A DNA stretch of 64,000 nt. Origin: the human T2T-CHM13v2.0 reference genome, Homo sapiens. Position 1 is the first letter of the stretch. Each line of letters opens with the position of its first letter. The position numbers and the translations under genes are program-made. The notes under the pieces were generated by a model. That model was not told where the DNA came from and did not search any database. It saw only the letters and a list, made by a program, of their open reading frames with translations. The DNA lies in assembly GCF_009914755.1 (NCBI RefSeq), contig NC_060928.1; one strand, 5' to 3'. Below, one piece after another: positions 32,148 through 55,765 of the stretch.

Positions 32148-32256
32148 TTTTATTTTGTTAATTTTTTATTTCAATAGCTTTTGGGGTACGAGTGGTTTAT
32201 GGTTACATGGGTGAATTGTCTAGTGGTGAAGTCTGAGATTTTAGTGCACCTGTCAC
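32148..32256 (-). mobile_element. Short L1PB 3'-end fragment
   Basis: TTTCAATAGCTTTTGGGGTAC.AGTGG..GGTTACATGG..GTGGTGAAGTCTGAGATTTTAGTGCACC, the same family as the end at 44.15 kb. Confidence 0.8.
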
Positions 32257-32324
32257 TTTGTTTTGGTGAGGGCAGTTTTAACATACGTTGGCAAGAGTTT
32301 AACAAAGTCTCTCATACTGTGGGG

Positions 32325-32634
32325 TTTTTTCTTTTTCTTTTTTTTTTTTTTTTTGGCAGAGTCTCATTCTTGTCACCCAGGCTGGAGTGCAGTGGCACGG
32401 TCTTGGCTAACTGCAATCTCTGCCTCCTGGGTTCAGGTGATTTTCCTGCCTCAGCCTACTGAGTAGCTGGGATTACAGGCGCCCGCCACCACACCCGGCT
32501 AATTTTTATATTTTTAGCAGAGACGGAGTTTCACCGTGTTGGCCAGGCTGTCTCAAACTCCTGACCTCAGGTGAGCCACCTCCCTCGGCTCCCCAAAGTG
32601 CTGGGATTACAGGCATGAGCCACCGTGCCTGGCC
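32325..32634 (-). mobile_element. AluSx-like
   Basis: Antisense dimeric Alu with TSD TCTCA(T/C)ACTGT. Confidence 0.93.
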
Positions 32635-32869
32635 TCTCACACTGTTATTTTTATATTGGTACATTAAGATTTAATACTGTAGGATGCAGGATGTACTTTT
32701 TCAGCTATGTCCTTGTGAGAATGGAAGAAATGGGAGACCTACAAGTTGGCAAGGGAGTCACGAATCTTAAACAAGAATCCCTACAGTACCAAGAATCTGT
32801 GTAGGGGGAGGCTAATCGCTTCTAATCAATCTTGCAGGTGCATAGTATCTAACCAAGAATGATTATTGA

Positions 32870-33000
32870 TTTCTTTTTAGTAGAGACATGGTCTCCCTGT
32901 GTTGCCCAGGCTGAGCTTGAACTCCTGGGCACAAGGGATCCTCCCTCTTCGGCCTCCCAAAGGGCTGGGATTACAGGCATGGGCCGTTGCACTCAACCTG
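32870..33000 (-). mobile_element. FLAM/Alu left monomer
   Basis: TAGTAGAGAC..GTTGCCCAGGCTG..GAACTCCTGGGC..GCTGGGATTACAGGCATG. Confidence 0.8.
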
Positions 33001-33550
33001 ATGGATTAACATCGAGAGTTGTAACTAACTGCCCAGGGAACCAACATCTTAAGTTCTTTTGTCAGCATATTCTCTCCTTGTAGGCAAATCTATATAAGAG
33101 ACAAAATTACAATCTGCAGATTGTTTGATTTGGATGGGGACATTATAAGACAAGCTAGCTTGGGTACCTTGATGGCTGTTGTCGTCAAGGTATATGACAT
33201 CTATACTTTAGGGGTTTGTGTGGCCAGTACACAGAAACACTAAAACCATGTGCTGAACCTATGTGCTGTAATGTTGAATGCCAAGATTACTAAAGTGGGT
33301 TTCATACCGTGTCAGCACCTAACATGAGAGCTTGTGCATAGTAGGCACTCAGTGTACATTGTAATGAGTTGTCTAGGCTTAAAGAAAACAGGGCCATGGG
33401 TGCAGAGAAGAGGGTGAGGCTATTGAACTGTTATTTGTGTCTGCCATGGATGTAGAGAGCCCTATCTTGTAGGCATTTGTTAACCTTGTAGGCATTTGCC
33501 AGCCTGCCTCAAAACTTTAATACAAGTTTATGATGGAACTAGTCTACAAG

Positions 33551-33852
33551 TTTGGTTTGTTTGCTTTATGGGGACAGGATCTTGCTCTGTTGCCCAGACT
33601 GAAGTGCAGTGGTGAGATTATATCTCTCTGTAGCCTTGAACTCCTGAGCTCAAGTGATCCTCCTGTCTCAGCCTCCTGAGAAGCTGGGACTACAGATGTG
33701 TGCCACCATGTCCTGCTAATTTTTGTATTTTTAGTAGAGACAGGATCTTGCTATGTTGCCCAGACCTGTCTTGAACTCCTGGCCTCAAGCATTCCTCTTG
33801 CCTTGGCCTTCCAAAGTGCTGAGATTACAGGCATGAGGCACCATGCCCAGCC
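33551..33852 (-). mobile_element. AluJ
   Basis: Antisense dimeric Alu with J-type GCCTTGAACTCCTG. Confidence 0.9.
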
Positions 33853-34609
33853 TACAAATTTTTAATGGAAACATTATGAAAGGAAGAAGGGAGAATGGGA
33901 AGGAATTAAAATTTATCTGTAATTGCACAAAAGCAAATTAAGGAGCTTCCTTTACCTACTTCATTCTAACATTCTGAACTTGTGTAAGGAAACAAAATGC
34001 AGAGAAATTTAGGAAGCATCTCTCCTTGTGGATATGTCAACTGTGTAGAAACAGGTTGACCAAGGAAATCTGATATATGAAATCTGCTCTTGTTTTGTTT
34101 CTTTTTTCATTGTTACTCTTTATGTTGGGACAGGCTTTCCCCCAGCTGACTTACTACTTATCCCTGCCCTTTTTAAAAAAAATTACCTTCTTTTGCTAAG
34201 ATTCTTTTTTCTCTTCCATCTTATATTTTGAATCGAAAATAGAATTAAAGTTTTATGATAGATAAAAATAGTAAGAGCTTTTTGATGTGAGAGTTACTTT
34301 CTCTATAAAGTTAAAGCAAAATTCTGTTTTGCCCATTAATGCATATGTGTGGTTATAGTTATATTTTATTAAATTGATAACTGTTTTTGAAATTATATGA
34401 CATTTTCCCAGATGATCATACTGTGAAAAATGATTTAGATAAGCCTACAGAGATGAAAAATCTCTAAACGGTGGTGGTTGGGCTAGATTTCACTTTACTG
34501 GTGTAGAAATGGTGTTAAAGCCTGTGATTGGTTCCCCAGTTATCTTGGGCAGTGCCCTAATTATACCCTTAAATAGAAGACATTGCTTCTCTTTTTAAGC
34601 CATTCTTGG

Positions 34610-34922
<313 letters not shown>

Positions 34923-36117
34923 TCTTCTTGTATGCCTTATCTGTCACTGAATTATTCATGTGCCTTCGGAGACTGTACAATTCTCCATTAATCAGGATTT
35001 CAAGAACATTATGATAATAGTTAAATATAATATGGATATTAATAGGTTTTTCTCGGGAATTCTCTTTCACTATTTGGGTTACTTCTGTTTTAAGTATTTA
35101 TAATATTTAAGGTTCATGTTAATATTGTTAACGATGAGTGTTATACTGAATATGTGAAAAAATAATGGATTCTTTTTAGAAAAACCTTAGTATAACCCTC
35201 TTATCTTGTATGTCAAAAAGTCAAGAGTATAAAAACCTTGGGTGATTCTGACTTTCCTAAAAGAAAAATTGTGGTATCTCAACATATAATTTTTGGAAAT
35301 TTTGGAACTTAAAATATCAGTAAACATTGAATTAATAAGCCACTTGGCAAATAATATAGCTCTTATGTTGTACTTAATAAAAATTAAGCAGAAGGTTTCA
35401 TGAGTAATGAACACATCATTTTAACTACTTCAGGTCCTCTCCTATTTAAGTAGATACAGAAAAGCGTATATTTAAACAATAGTTATTTTAAATTTACATT
35501 CTGTAAGAAGAAAAGTAGCTGAGGTATATTTCTTTTAGCTGCCAGAACTCTTCCATAATGTTTGTGGTGCTTCATTAATTTAATAAGTGACCTTGTACCT
35601 GAGTATAATTGAGTCAGCTATGTGAAGATGTTGTGATTATTCTTTGATTAGGGCTGAAATCTATAATTGGAAGAAATATATTTGTATTTCTTTATAGCAA
35701 TATGTTGTGATATAATTATTTCTACCAGAATGAGATTTCTAAAACTAATTAGTAAATAGGAGGTTTGGGGAATCAGGAAGTACTTTAGAATTCAACTGGT
35801 TCATCCACTTCAGTTTATTGCTAATGATACTGAGGACCAAAATGTGGAGAAATGAATTATCCAAGGTGGCACATTTGGTCAACATATTTGGTCCAGTGCT
35901 TCTCACCCTGTAATCCTTGTTATTCTCTCAAAACCAATCTAGACTATTTAAAAGAAAGGAAGGTGGGAGAATGCCAAAGGAAAAGGGTGAACATCCCCTT
36001 TTAGTGAACCCACTAAGGTTAAGGGTTCACTTAATGGGTTTCCAGCATCTGTTCTTTAGACCAAATGCTTCTATGATAGAGATAATCATGCTAATAAAAT
36101 CAAATTTTGCTTTTTAG

Positions 36118-36452
36118 GTGAGAGTTACGTGTGTGCATCCAATGAACCATTTCGTAAAGTCGATTACACCAAAAATATTAATCCAAACTGGTCTGTGAAC
36201 ATCAAGGGTGGGACATCCCGAGCGCTGGCTGCTGCCTCCTCTGTGAAAAGTGAAGTAAAAGAAAGTAAAGATTTCATCAAACCCAAGTTAGTGACTGTGA
36301 TTCGAAGTGGAGTGAAGCCTAGAAAAGCCGTGCGGATCCTTCTGAATAAAAAGACTGCTCATTCCTTTGAACAAGTCTTAACAGATATCACCGAAGCCAT
36401 TAAACTAGACTCAGGAGTCGTCAAGAGGCTCTGCACCCTGGATGGAAAGCAG
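36118..36452 (+). CDS. DCLK2: DCLK2 coding exon 2 (335 nt; end of DCX1, linker, most of DCX2)
   Basis: Acceptor TTTTGCTTTTTAG|G. Translates (G)[16 protein letters not shown]...[62 protein letters not shown]. Donor CAG|GTAAGA. 421+335 = 756 nt = 252 codons. Confidence 0.97.
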
Positions 36453-36576
36453 GTAAGATGCTTCTAGCTCCCAGCTCTCCATCTGACTTTTAAACTCCCT
36501 GTGCCATGGTGGCTACATAGTCAACAATAGAAATTTAGTAGTGTGCTAGAAATCCTTCTGGGAGTCATACTTGAGA

Positions 36577-36616
36577 TTGTGTGTGTGTGTGTATGTGTGT
36601 GTGTGTGTATGTATGT
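36577..36616. repeat. Interrupted (TG)n tract
   Basis: TGTGTG...TATGTG...TATGTATGT. Confidence 0.9.
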
Positions 36617-37811
36617 AAAATTAACCATTTTTGTGAAAAATGTAAGCGACTTAAGTACCTCAAAAGTGATTATAGAGAAGTCTATCATATACTTCTTTTG
36701 GTTATTGGAAGGAAAATGTAAATTTCTGAGGGAAAAGTATAAGTTGAGGAGACATCCTACGTTAAATGGCATGTCATCTATTTATGAATAACTGTTGATT
36801 TGTAAAGTCATTATGGACTTGGGTATCACAGGAGTCAAAATTAAAAGTATTTAACATTCTTAGAAAAACCTTTTCTTCCCCACTTACATATAATAGGGAA
36901 AATGTATTTCAAAAGAAAGTACTTTTATAGGAATGTCTGTAAAAGTTTCATAGGGAGCAATGGAGGTAATTAGTGAGCATTTTTGAAAAATGAAAAATTG
37001 CACAGGAAAAAGCAATTAAAATTATGGCAACAATGTATCAGGGAACCTAAGGGACAAAAAAAGTTGGCATATTGCAAAAACACATGAATAGCCGTTAGGT
37101 AAGTGTTGAATTTTGCTACAATCAGATTATCATTGCTAAAAAGAAGCTTGGCTTCTGAAGTGTATTTTCCCCCAAATTCCATAAAGTTAAATTGTTTATA
37201 TTTACATTGTATTAAAATTATAGTTTCCAAAATTAAATTTGTTTCTTTGTTCCATTTTGCCTCTTCCCTGTAACATACTTAATTTATTTTGAAGTGTTCT
37301 GCTCTTGAAGTGCTGAGAATGAATAATATAAAACATTGAGCAGTGTCTTTGGGAAAAACACAATCAAATTAGTCTCCAATTTTCTAAGACCAGATCTAGT
37401 TAGTACAGTGCTTGCTGAAACATTAGCAATTTTTTAAAAATACGTTCTAAAGATTCCAGTAGATTATGGTAAAATTAGAATAACATTTCTAATTAATTAA
37501 TAAGGTATATAGTACCTCATAGCCGCCTGCCCCCAAATATGTGTGAATGATGATAGACACTTCATATAATTTAGTTAATAGCACAGTACAACACAAAACA
37601 CCTTAAGATTTACTCTGCAAGTAAGGAAAAATAAATTAGGCTACAGGAAAAAGGTATTTGACAAATCAAATAGTTGATTCTTGATGGGCACAGGGAAGAC
37701 ACATATAGAGACAAAAATTTAAGATACCTAACCAAAGAAAAAAATCTAAACTCACCAATTTAGGGGAAAAAGGCATATAAACAGTAAATACAGATGTGAT
37801 TTGAAAAATTA

Positions 37812-39500
<1,689 letters not shown>

Positions 39501-40013
39501 TAAAGAAAAGTAGCAGCAGAAGTATTTTTTTAAAGCTAATTCAGAAGGAAACAAGATTATACTTGCCATCAGAAATTGAATATTTGCTGTTCTGATATCC
39601 ACTACTACTTCCTCATATCTGCTCAAAAACAAAAACTCAAGCACTGAAAAAGAAAAGACTGATCTCAGATTTTAGAAATTCATACACATTATGAGTTAAT
39701 TATTTTTTCATGTGCCAAAAAAAGATCTTTTAAGACTTTCAAGTAAAATATTTCTTTGGAAAAATTAGATTTAATTTTTGATAAACACAACATTGGATAT
39801 TGCATTTTCAGCGAACCGGGTATTCTTAAAAGCTATAGTTTTCTTAGTGCTGAGTCCATGTTGTACTATATAGGTGAACTCGCTAATCTTCAAAACTTCA
39901 AGTCTGTTTTTGGTTGATATAAGTATAAAGATACTATGACATCTGCAAACCTTTAAATGAGCAGTGCTCATTTTGATCTTTTTTTAATAAAAAAATTTCT
40001 ATGGGTATGCATG

Positions 40014-40044
40014 CTTGATCTTGGCCAAAAGGCCAAGAAGCAAT
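40014..40044 (-). pseudogene. U2 snRNA 5' fragment (3'-truncated retro-pseudogene)
   Basis: The reverse complement ATTGCTTCTTGGCCTTTTGGCCAAGATCAAG matches U2 nt 1-31 (ATCGCTTCTCGGCCTTTTGGCTAAGATCAAG) at 28/31. Confidence 0.85.
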
Positions 40045-40618
40045 TCTACATGTATGTAAAACTATCAGCATTCTGAGAATTCTCAAGGAAAGGACACCTT
40101 TCCTTAGATGAAGAGAAAGGAATGAGAAAGGAACTAAGATCCGTTGATAAGTTGTCTGTGTACAAAATTGTAAACTGTCTGCCTAAATTTTATTTTTTCC
40201 TGGTTGCTTCCTACCCAGATTGGTTGTTTTCATTTAAAATTTTCCTGATCGTCAACACAAGGATAGAAATTAAATAACTTTTAGGCAATTCACCATGAAC
40301 AGTCACTGACTGCATCATGACACCTGTGTGAGAGTTTTAAGGGGCTGGTTATCCTTTGAGTTTGAACATGTTTCTGATTGAAGACATGATGGTGTGTCAT
40401 GTGCCAGTAGCATTTATGGGGCTAAAACAGTGTCCCTTGAATCTTTTCTTCCTTCAAAATGGGTGAACACATCTTGCCACTAGCAATGACTCCATTTACA
40501 AGGTCTGACTTCGTTATTAAAACTAACTAAATTTTATGTCTGTTTATAAAATCACTTCAAATAAAATCATATTTAGGACTTTGTCTGTATTAATTCTTGG
40601 GTTTTCTTTAGTGTAGAG

Positions 40619-40832
40619 CAGTGATTCTCAACCAGGGACAGTTTTGTCCCTAGGGCATGTATGGCACTGTCTGAAGTCATTTTTTGATTGTTGAAGCTAG
40701 GGTTGGGGATTCCACTGGCATCCGGTGGGTAGAAGCTGGGCATGGTGCCCATCATCCTACAACGTGCAGGACAGCCACGACATCATCCTTTCTTGTCCAA
40801 GATATTAACAGTGCTGAGATTCAGAAATCCTG
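40619..40832. mobile_element. MER20 with perfect 8-bp TSD
   Basis: CAGTGATTCTCAACC...GAAATCCTG. TSD GTGTAGAG at 40611-40618 and 40833-40840. Confidence 0.88.
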
Positions 40833-41030
40833 GTGTAGAGTAAGTGAGCTGATTCAAAAGAAAGTGCTGCTTGTTTGAATAAATATTAACTGTGTTATTA
40901 GGCCATATGCTAAGCTTTATTTCAGAATTTCTAGAAGTCCTGATAGTCTCTCTGTCTATTTCTTATCTATTTATGTGATTGATGCAAGATTGTTAGAATG
41001 TCATGGTTTGTAGGGTTTTTTTGGTTATTG

Positions 41031-41328
41031 TTTTTTTTTTTTTTTTTGGAGACAGAATCTCACTCTGTCACCCAGGCTAAAGGGCAATGGCGATCTCGGC
41101 TTACTGCAGCTTTGACCTCCTGGGCTCAAGTGATCCTCCCACTTCAAGTTCCTGAGTAGCTGGGACTACAGGCACATGACACCATGCCTGGCTAATTTTT
41201 GTATTTTTGTAGAAATTGGGTTTCCCTGTGTTTCCCAGGCTGGTCTTGAACTCCTGGGCTCAAGCGATCCACTTACCTTGGCCTCTGAAAGTACTGGGAC
41301 AAAGGCATGAGATGCTGCACACCCAGCC
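41031..41328 (-). mobile_element. AluJ
   Basis: Antisense dimeric Alu. Confidence 0.9.
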
Positions 41329-41475
41329 AGTTTGTTGTCTTTATTGTCTTGGATTTAAATCTATTTGTCTTCATTGTGTGAGGCTGAGATATGACTGAGT
41401 AGTACAGCTTTGCAGGGGATTAGATAAAGACATCCCAAATGGTTTTACTGAGAATTGAAAGTGAAGTGTAAGGTT

Positions 41476-41628
41476 AGCTGGGCATGGTGATGTTTGCCTG
41501 TAGTCCCAGTTACTAGGGAGGCTGAGGCAGGAGGATTACTTGAGCTCAGGAGTTCGAGGCTGCAGTGAGCTATGATCTCACTACTGCATGCCAGCCTTGG
41601 GGACAGAGTGAGATCCTGACTCAAAAAA
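41476..41628 (+). mobile_element. Alu right-arm monomer (FRAM-like)
   Basis: Single arm flanked by GTGAAGTGTAAGG direct repeats. Confidence 0.85.
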
Positions 41629-41878
41629 TGAATGAATGTGAAGTGTAAGGAATCATTTAATCTCATGAGTTTTCAAGTACTGTACTTAAAAGTGATATCA
41701 TGGTTACTGATTTTCTAAAAACAAAATATATAACCTATGTTTATAGATGTGATGACCAGAAAACATGATCTGTAAAGAGGAGTCATGGTTATTCTCCACT
41801 TAAAGTAATTTTATTTTAACTTGTAATTAATTTTGATTAAATGCTTCACTTAAATGTTTTTAAAAATAAAACCTTCTT

Positions 41879-42423
<545 letters not shown>

Positions 42424-42936
42424 TTAGCTTTCCCAGAAACAGCAGAGTTTCAACATAAAAGAAACATATTTTGTGGAATTTTGGAACAAGTTGATTCTTG
42501 TCATGGGCAGAGGCAAAACAGACCCAGAAATTGCTTGCAGTTGATGCTTTAGGGGTAAAACACTTCCAGACTTTGGGACCACTGCCAGCCTTAGGATGCT
42601 CACATGCAGCGGGTCCTCTTTGGGGAACATGGCAACTCCTTGGAGTGCCTGCTCTTATCAGTCATATTAGAGTTTATGAAGGTTCCCATCTTCACTTTTT
42701 AAAAAGTTTAGCTATTTCATAGCTACCATAACATAAATAATATTTATTTTGTACTTTACCTTTCTGGAATCACATTTTCTAGTGAAGGTTCATTTGTTTT
42801 GAATCACCTAACCATATTTAGATAAAGCAATCTCTTCTCAAAAATTGCTACATAAAAGTCAAATTGTTGATAAGTATTCATAAACATTTTCTACAATTTA
42901 TTTAACCTTGTTTTAATTTTTCCTTAAAGTAGGTAA

Positions 42937-43288
<352 letters not shown>

Positions 43289-44118
43289 GCATTTCCTTTT
43301 GTAGATGATAGAAATCTAGACAACTGAGTTTTGTCTTACTAAATACATTCGCACTTGCAAAGTGTGGGTAGCCCTGGTCTGCCTCAAGCAATGGAAAATT
43401 TATCCCAACCAAGAATCAACAGACTAAGAGCAACTAGTAGGATATTTCTGTTCAGCAGGAAATACAAGTATAGAAAGGGAGGGAAAATGTTATTTTGTTC
43501 TTTGATTCCTGATCTAAGGTGACTTACCTTAAATTAAAACAAAAGGTGGAGGGAGGTAGGGCTTAAATCTTCACTTTTGATGAACCCCTTTTTAAAGAGT
43601 AATCTGAAAAGTGTGAAGAAAGAAGGAAATGTTTAGATATCCCTCTTCTTTTTAAGCTTGCATTTTGATATCCGTTGTAAAGCAATTTCCTTTGACCTTA
43701 AATATTTTCTCCCTTTTAATGGGAAACTGGAGGAAAACACTAAAATCCTGTCAGTTGCAAATTAGAAGAGATATTTAGGAGAAACAATTTTAGCTTCCAA
43801 CAAATTATGCAATGTAAAGTGTAGGTGGGATAAAAATGACATCACTGCAAACTCTCTTGTTTCCTCAATTATTCATTTGATGTCTAAGGGGAGTAATGCA
43901 TGCAGCATAAAGATAGTGTTAAAATTAGTTATTAAGCTGAAATTTTACGCACTACCAAATTTTGTTATAAAATGTATTTTTCTTGGATTATAATAATGGT
44001 TATCACAATATTAATTTTGTTACATATGTATTTGACAATGTGTAGAGTAATAGCTAACAGCTTAATTAGGTAATAGATAACAACTAATAGCTTACTATGC
44101 CAGGCATTATGTTAGTGC

Positions 44119-51583
<7,465 letters not shown>

Positions 51584-51589
51584 TTGTAT

Positions 51590-51770
51590 ATTCATATTCT
51601 CCACTGATCCTTACAACTTTGAGAGTTAGGTACTGTAATTCCCATTTTACAGTGGGGAAATTGAGGCCAAAAAATTCAAGTACCTATTCAGAATTACACA
51701 ACTGGCGATGGAGCTAGGATTCATCCCCAGGAAGTGTGATTCTGGACCCTACACTCTTCCTGGCTGTCCT
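51590..51770. mobile_element. MIR (second half; first half at ~44070-44118)
   Basis: MIR core CCCATTTTACAG..GGGAAATTGAGGC..GGAGCTAGGATT. Confidence 0.75.
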
Positions 51771-51781
51771 GTAAGCCCCTA

Positions 51782-51901
51782 TGATCAGGCTCTGGGAGAG
51801 GCTTCAATGGTAATGATGAGGGACAGGTCAAATAAGCTGATCAGGCTCTGGGAGATGCTTCAATGGTAATGACGAGGGACAGGTCAAATAAGCTAATCAG
51901 G
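51782..51901. repeat. 56-bp tandem duplication
   Basis: 51782-51837 vs 51838-51893 differ at 2 positions and are followed by a partial TAATCAGG. Confidence 0.92.
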
Positions 51902-52368
51902 TGATTTCAAAAAAAAATTGTTTTAGGTTTTAGAGTGATGCAGTTTCACTTGGTGTTTACCAGATAAAAAACCTGTGTAATAAGTTGTGTTGCAAAATTA
52001 TACTTTGAGTAGGATCTGAAAAATGAAAAAGTAGATTAAAGAGTGATTAGTACTAGACAAAAGGATGACCCTTAGAGTTATTTTATAGATTTAATTTTTA
52101 AAATTAGGGAATATGATGCTTCAGAAAATTTAGAAAATACAGAAAAAAATCTTTCAATTTTAATGCTATATTTTTATAATTGACTATTCCTATACATATT
52201 TTCATATACAGTATACATGTATACTGTACAAGAAAAATGCTCAAGTACATTTGCATTAGAAAAATGTAAACAATTCAGAAATACGAAAACTGAGAGTCTG
52301 TTCACATCTGCCTTTCTTTCCTGATCCCACTCTGCTTCTTAAAGGGGATCAATAATAACAATTTTGTT

Positions 52369-52732
<364 letters not shown>

Positions 52733-54419
52733 TTAATGCAGTTACATACATTTGTGCACATACTTTTTAAATAGCATGGTTTTTCCATGTAATCATGTAT
52801 CCTGGAGTTCTTTCTTACCGTACTCTTCCATGTTGTTGTATCATCTTCATATCGCATACCTGAATGACTGAATAATGTTAAATTGGCTAGATATACCATG
52901 ATTTATTCAGTCTATCTGTGGATATTAGGGGTGTTTTTAGTTTTTCCTTCTTTTATCCTCTGAGCGACTTATTGTGCATAGATTTCAACATGCTTTAGAT
53001 CATTGTCTTTCCTTAGGATAGATTCCCAGAGGTAGGTTACTTGAAGAGACTCTTAAGCATTTTGTGATTTGAGAGATACTATCAAAGCTGTAGACAAAAA
53101 GTTGTTCTAGTTGGTAAAGTCATGGATATATGCCCCAGTATTTCTATACCTGGGAAAGGCTTACAAATGGATTAGATATGAACCAGGTACAGTGCACGCA
53201 CTTCATTTGTTTTATGGAAGAATACATAGTCTGTGAAATTCCTATTGTGTAAATTGAGGCCTGCATTCCTCTTACCACCTCCACCTCTGCTACTTTCTGC
53301 TCTAGAAACTACTTTAATGAAAAGAGAAAAAGCTAGTTGACTAGCATGTTGATTTTATGCCCAATGCAAATACAGACCAACTGACTCATCCTGAAAATAT
53401 TTAGCAGGGAGAAAAAAAAAAAGAAGAAAATTTTTTTTAGTGAGTAGCCCACATTATGATACTTTGTCACTTTAATCTTGAACTAAAAGACCTACCATTT
53501 CATTAAATGTTTGCTTTATAACATTTGCCTCTATGCCAAAAGCCCTAAAAGTGAATTCAAGTGACTTTTTGCTTTGTGACATTTGACTCAGAATTGAGTT
53601 ATAGATGCTTTGAAAAGTTAATTAATGTTTTTGGTCATGGCTAACTTCTGAATTTGTTTTATTGTTTTTGTATCTTATTATGAATGCCTGCTGATAGCAA
53701 TTTGTACCAGTATGTGTCATATATAATATTACTTTACAAATTTTATTACATTTAATGAAAGGGTCATTTATTCATCATGCCTTTTGAAAACAAGGACAGC
53801 TGCAAAGTCAGTATAGTATTTTAGGATGTATAACCGATACAGGAAAATATTTAGTCCAGCTTTCTAATTTTGTAAATGAGAAGTTTTTGGGGACTCACAA
53901 TAGCTTTTGGTAGCCTATTATAAACTGTGGTTCTTGTCTTCCATGTAAAACCCCAACTCAAAATTTTATATGTGACCAGCTAGTTTGCGGGTCACTGTGC
54001 AGTTTAAGAAGCTCTCCTATGGCTTGTTTTACTCTGTTCTGTTTAGTTGGAGGAAGTGCTTACTTTCAACCTTATTGTCATTGATTTCTCTAGAGAGAAA
54101 AGGCTAGGCTTAACTATGTGTGTCTGTATTCTTAGTGGTCAGCCTTAAGAAGAGGAATTAATTGAATCTAAGTTAAAAATTGCTTGTTGGAGAAAAATAG
54201 TGCTACAGTCCATACAAGCATACTTCAAAGATATGGCAGGTTTGGTTCCACACTGCTGCAATAAAGTTAATGACACAATAAAGTGAATATAAAATAAAAT
54301 GAATATTGTAATAAAGTACATCACACAAAATGTTTGGCGTCCTAGCACAGATAAGTTATGTTTGAGCTATACTGTAGCCTGTTAAGTGTGCAGTAGCATT
54401 ATGTCAAACAATGTACCTA

Positions 54420-54820
<401 letters not shown>

Positions 54821-55362
54821 TCAGGGTGGTGGTTGCTGAAGGTGGGGGTGGCTATGGCAGTTTCTTAAAATAACACAAGAATGTGTGATATGCTATTTGA
54901 TAGCATTTTAGCCACAGTAGAACTTCTTTCAAAATTTGTCAATCCTTCCAAGTCCTGCTGCTGCTTTATCAACTAAGTTTATGGAATATTCTAAATCCTT
55001 TGTTGCCATTTCAACAATGTTCATGGCATCTATTCCAGGAGTAGATTCCACCTCAAGGCCACTTTCTTTGCTCATCCGTTAGAAGCAACTCCTATTCTAT
55101 TGAAGTTTTATCAAGAGACTACAGCAATTCAGTCATATATTTAGGCTCCACTTCTAATTCTAGTTCTCTTGCTATTTCCTCCACATCTGCAATGACTTCT
55201 TTTGCTGAAGTGTTAAACCCCCTCAGTCATTCATCAGGGTTGGTATCAACTTCTTCCAGACTCCTGTTAATGTTGATATGTTGTTGACCTCTTCCCATGA
55301 ATCATAAATGTTCTTCATGTTATCTAGAATGGTGAATCCTTTCCAGAAGGTTTTCCATTTAC

Positions 55363-55605
55363 TTAGCCTGGATCCATCAGAAGAATCGCTACGGCAAGTA
55401 TAGCCTTACAAAATGTATTTCTTACATCAGACTTGAAAGTTGAAATGACTCCTTGATCCAGGAGCTGCAGAATGGATGTTGAGCTAGCAGGCATGAAAAC
55501 AACATGGATCTCTCTGTACCTCTGCATCAGAGCTCTTAGATAACCAGGTGCATTGTCAAAGAGCAGTAATATTTTGAAATGAATTTTTTTTCCAGTAGGT
55601 CTCAA
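55363..55605 (-). pseudogene. Tigger1 DDE transposase remnant
   Basis: [11 protein letters not shown]...[24 protein letters not shown] is the pogo/CENP-B DDE_1 signature, interrupted by frameshifts. Confidence 0.85.
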
Positions 55606-55765
55606 CAGTGGTACTTAAAATATTCAGTAAACCATGCTGTAAATAGATGCACTGTCATCCAGACTTTGTTGTTCCATTTATAGAGCACAGGTAGAGTAGA
55701 TTTACTATAATTCTTAAAGGCCTTAGGATTTGGGGAATGGTAAATGAGCATTGGCTTCTTTTACT

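Noticed and set aside
55363-55605. Possible domesticated TIGD-like transposase gene
   Set aside because: It is a short frameshifted remnant within a decayed Tigger1 that is disrupted by L1 and Alu insertions.
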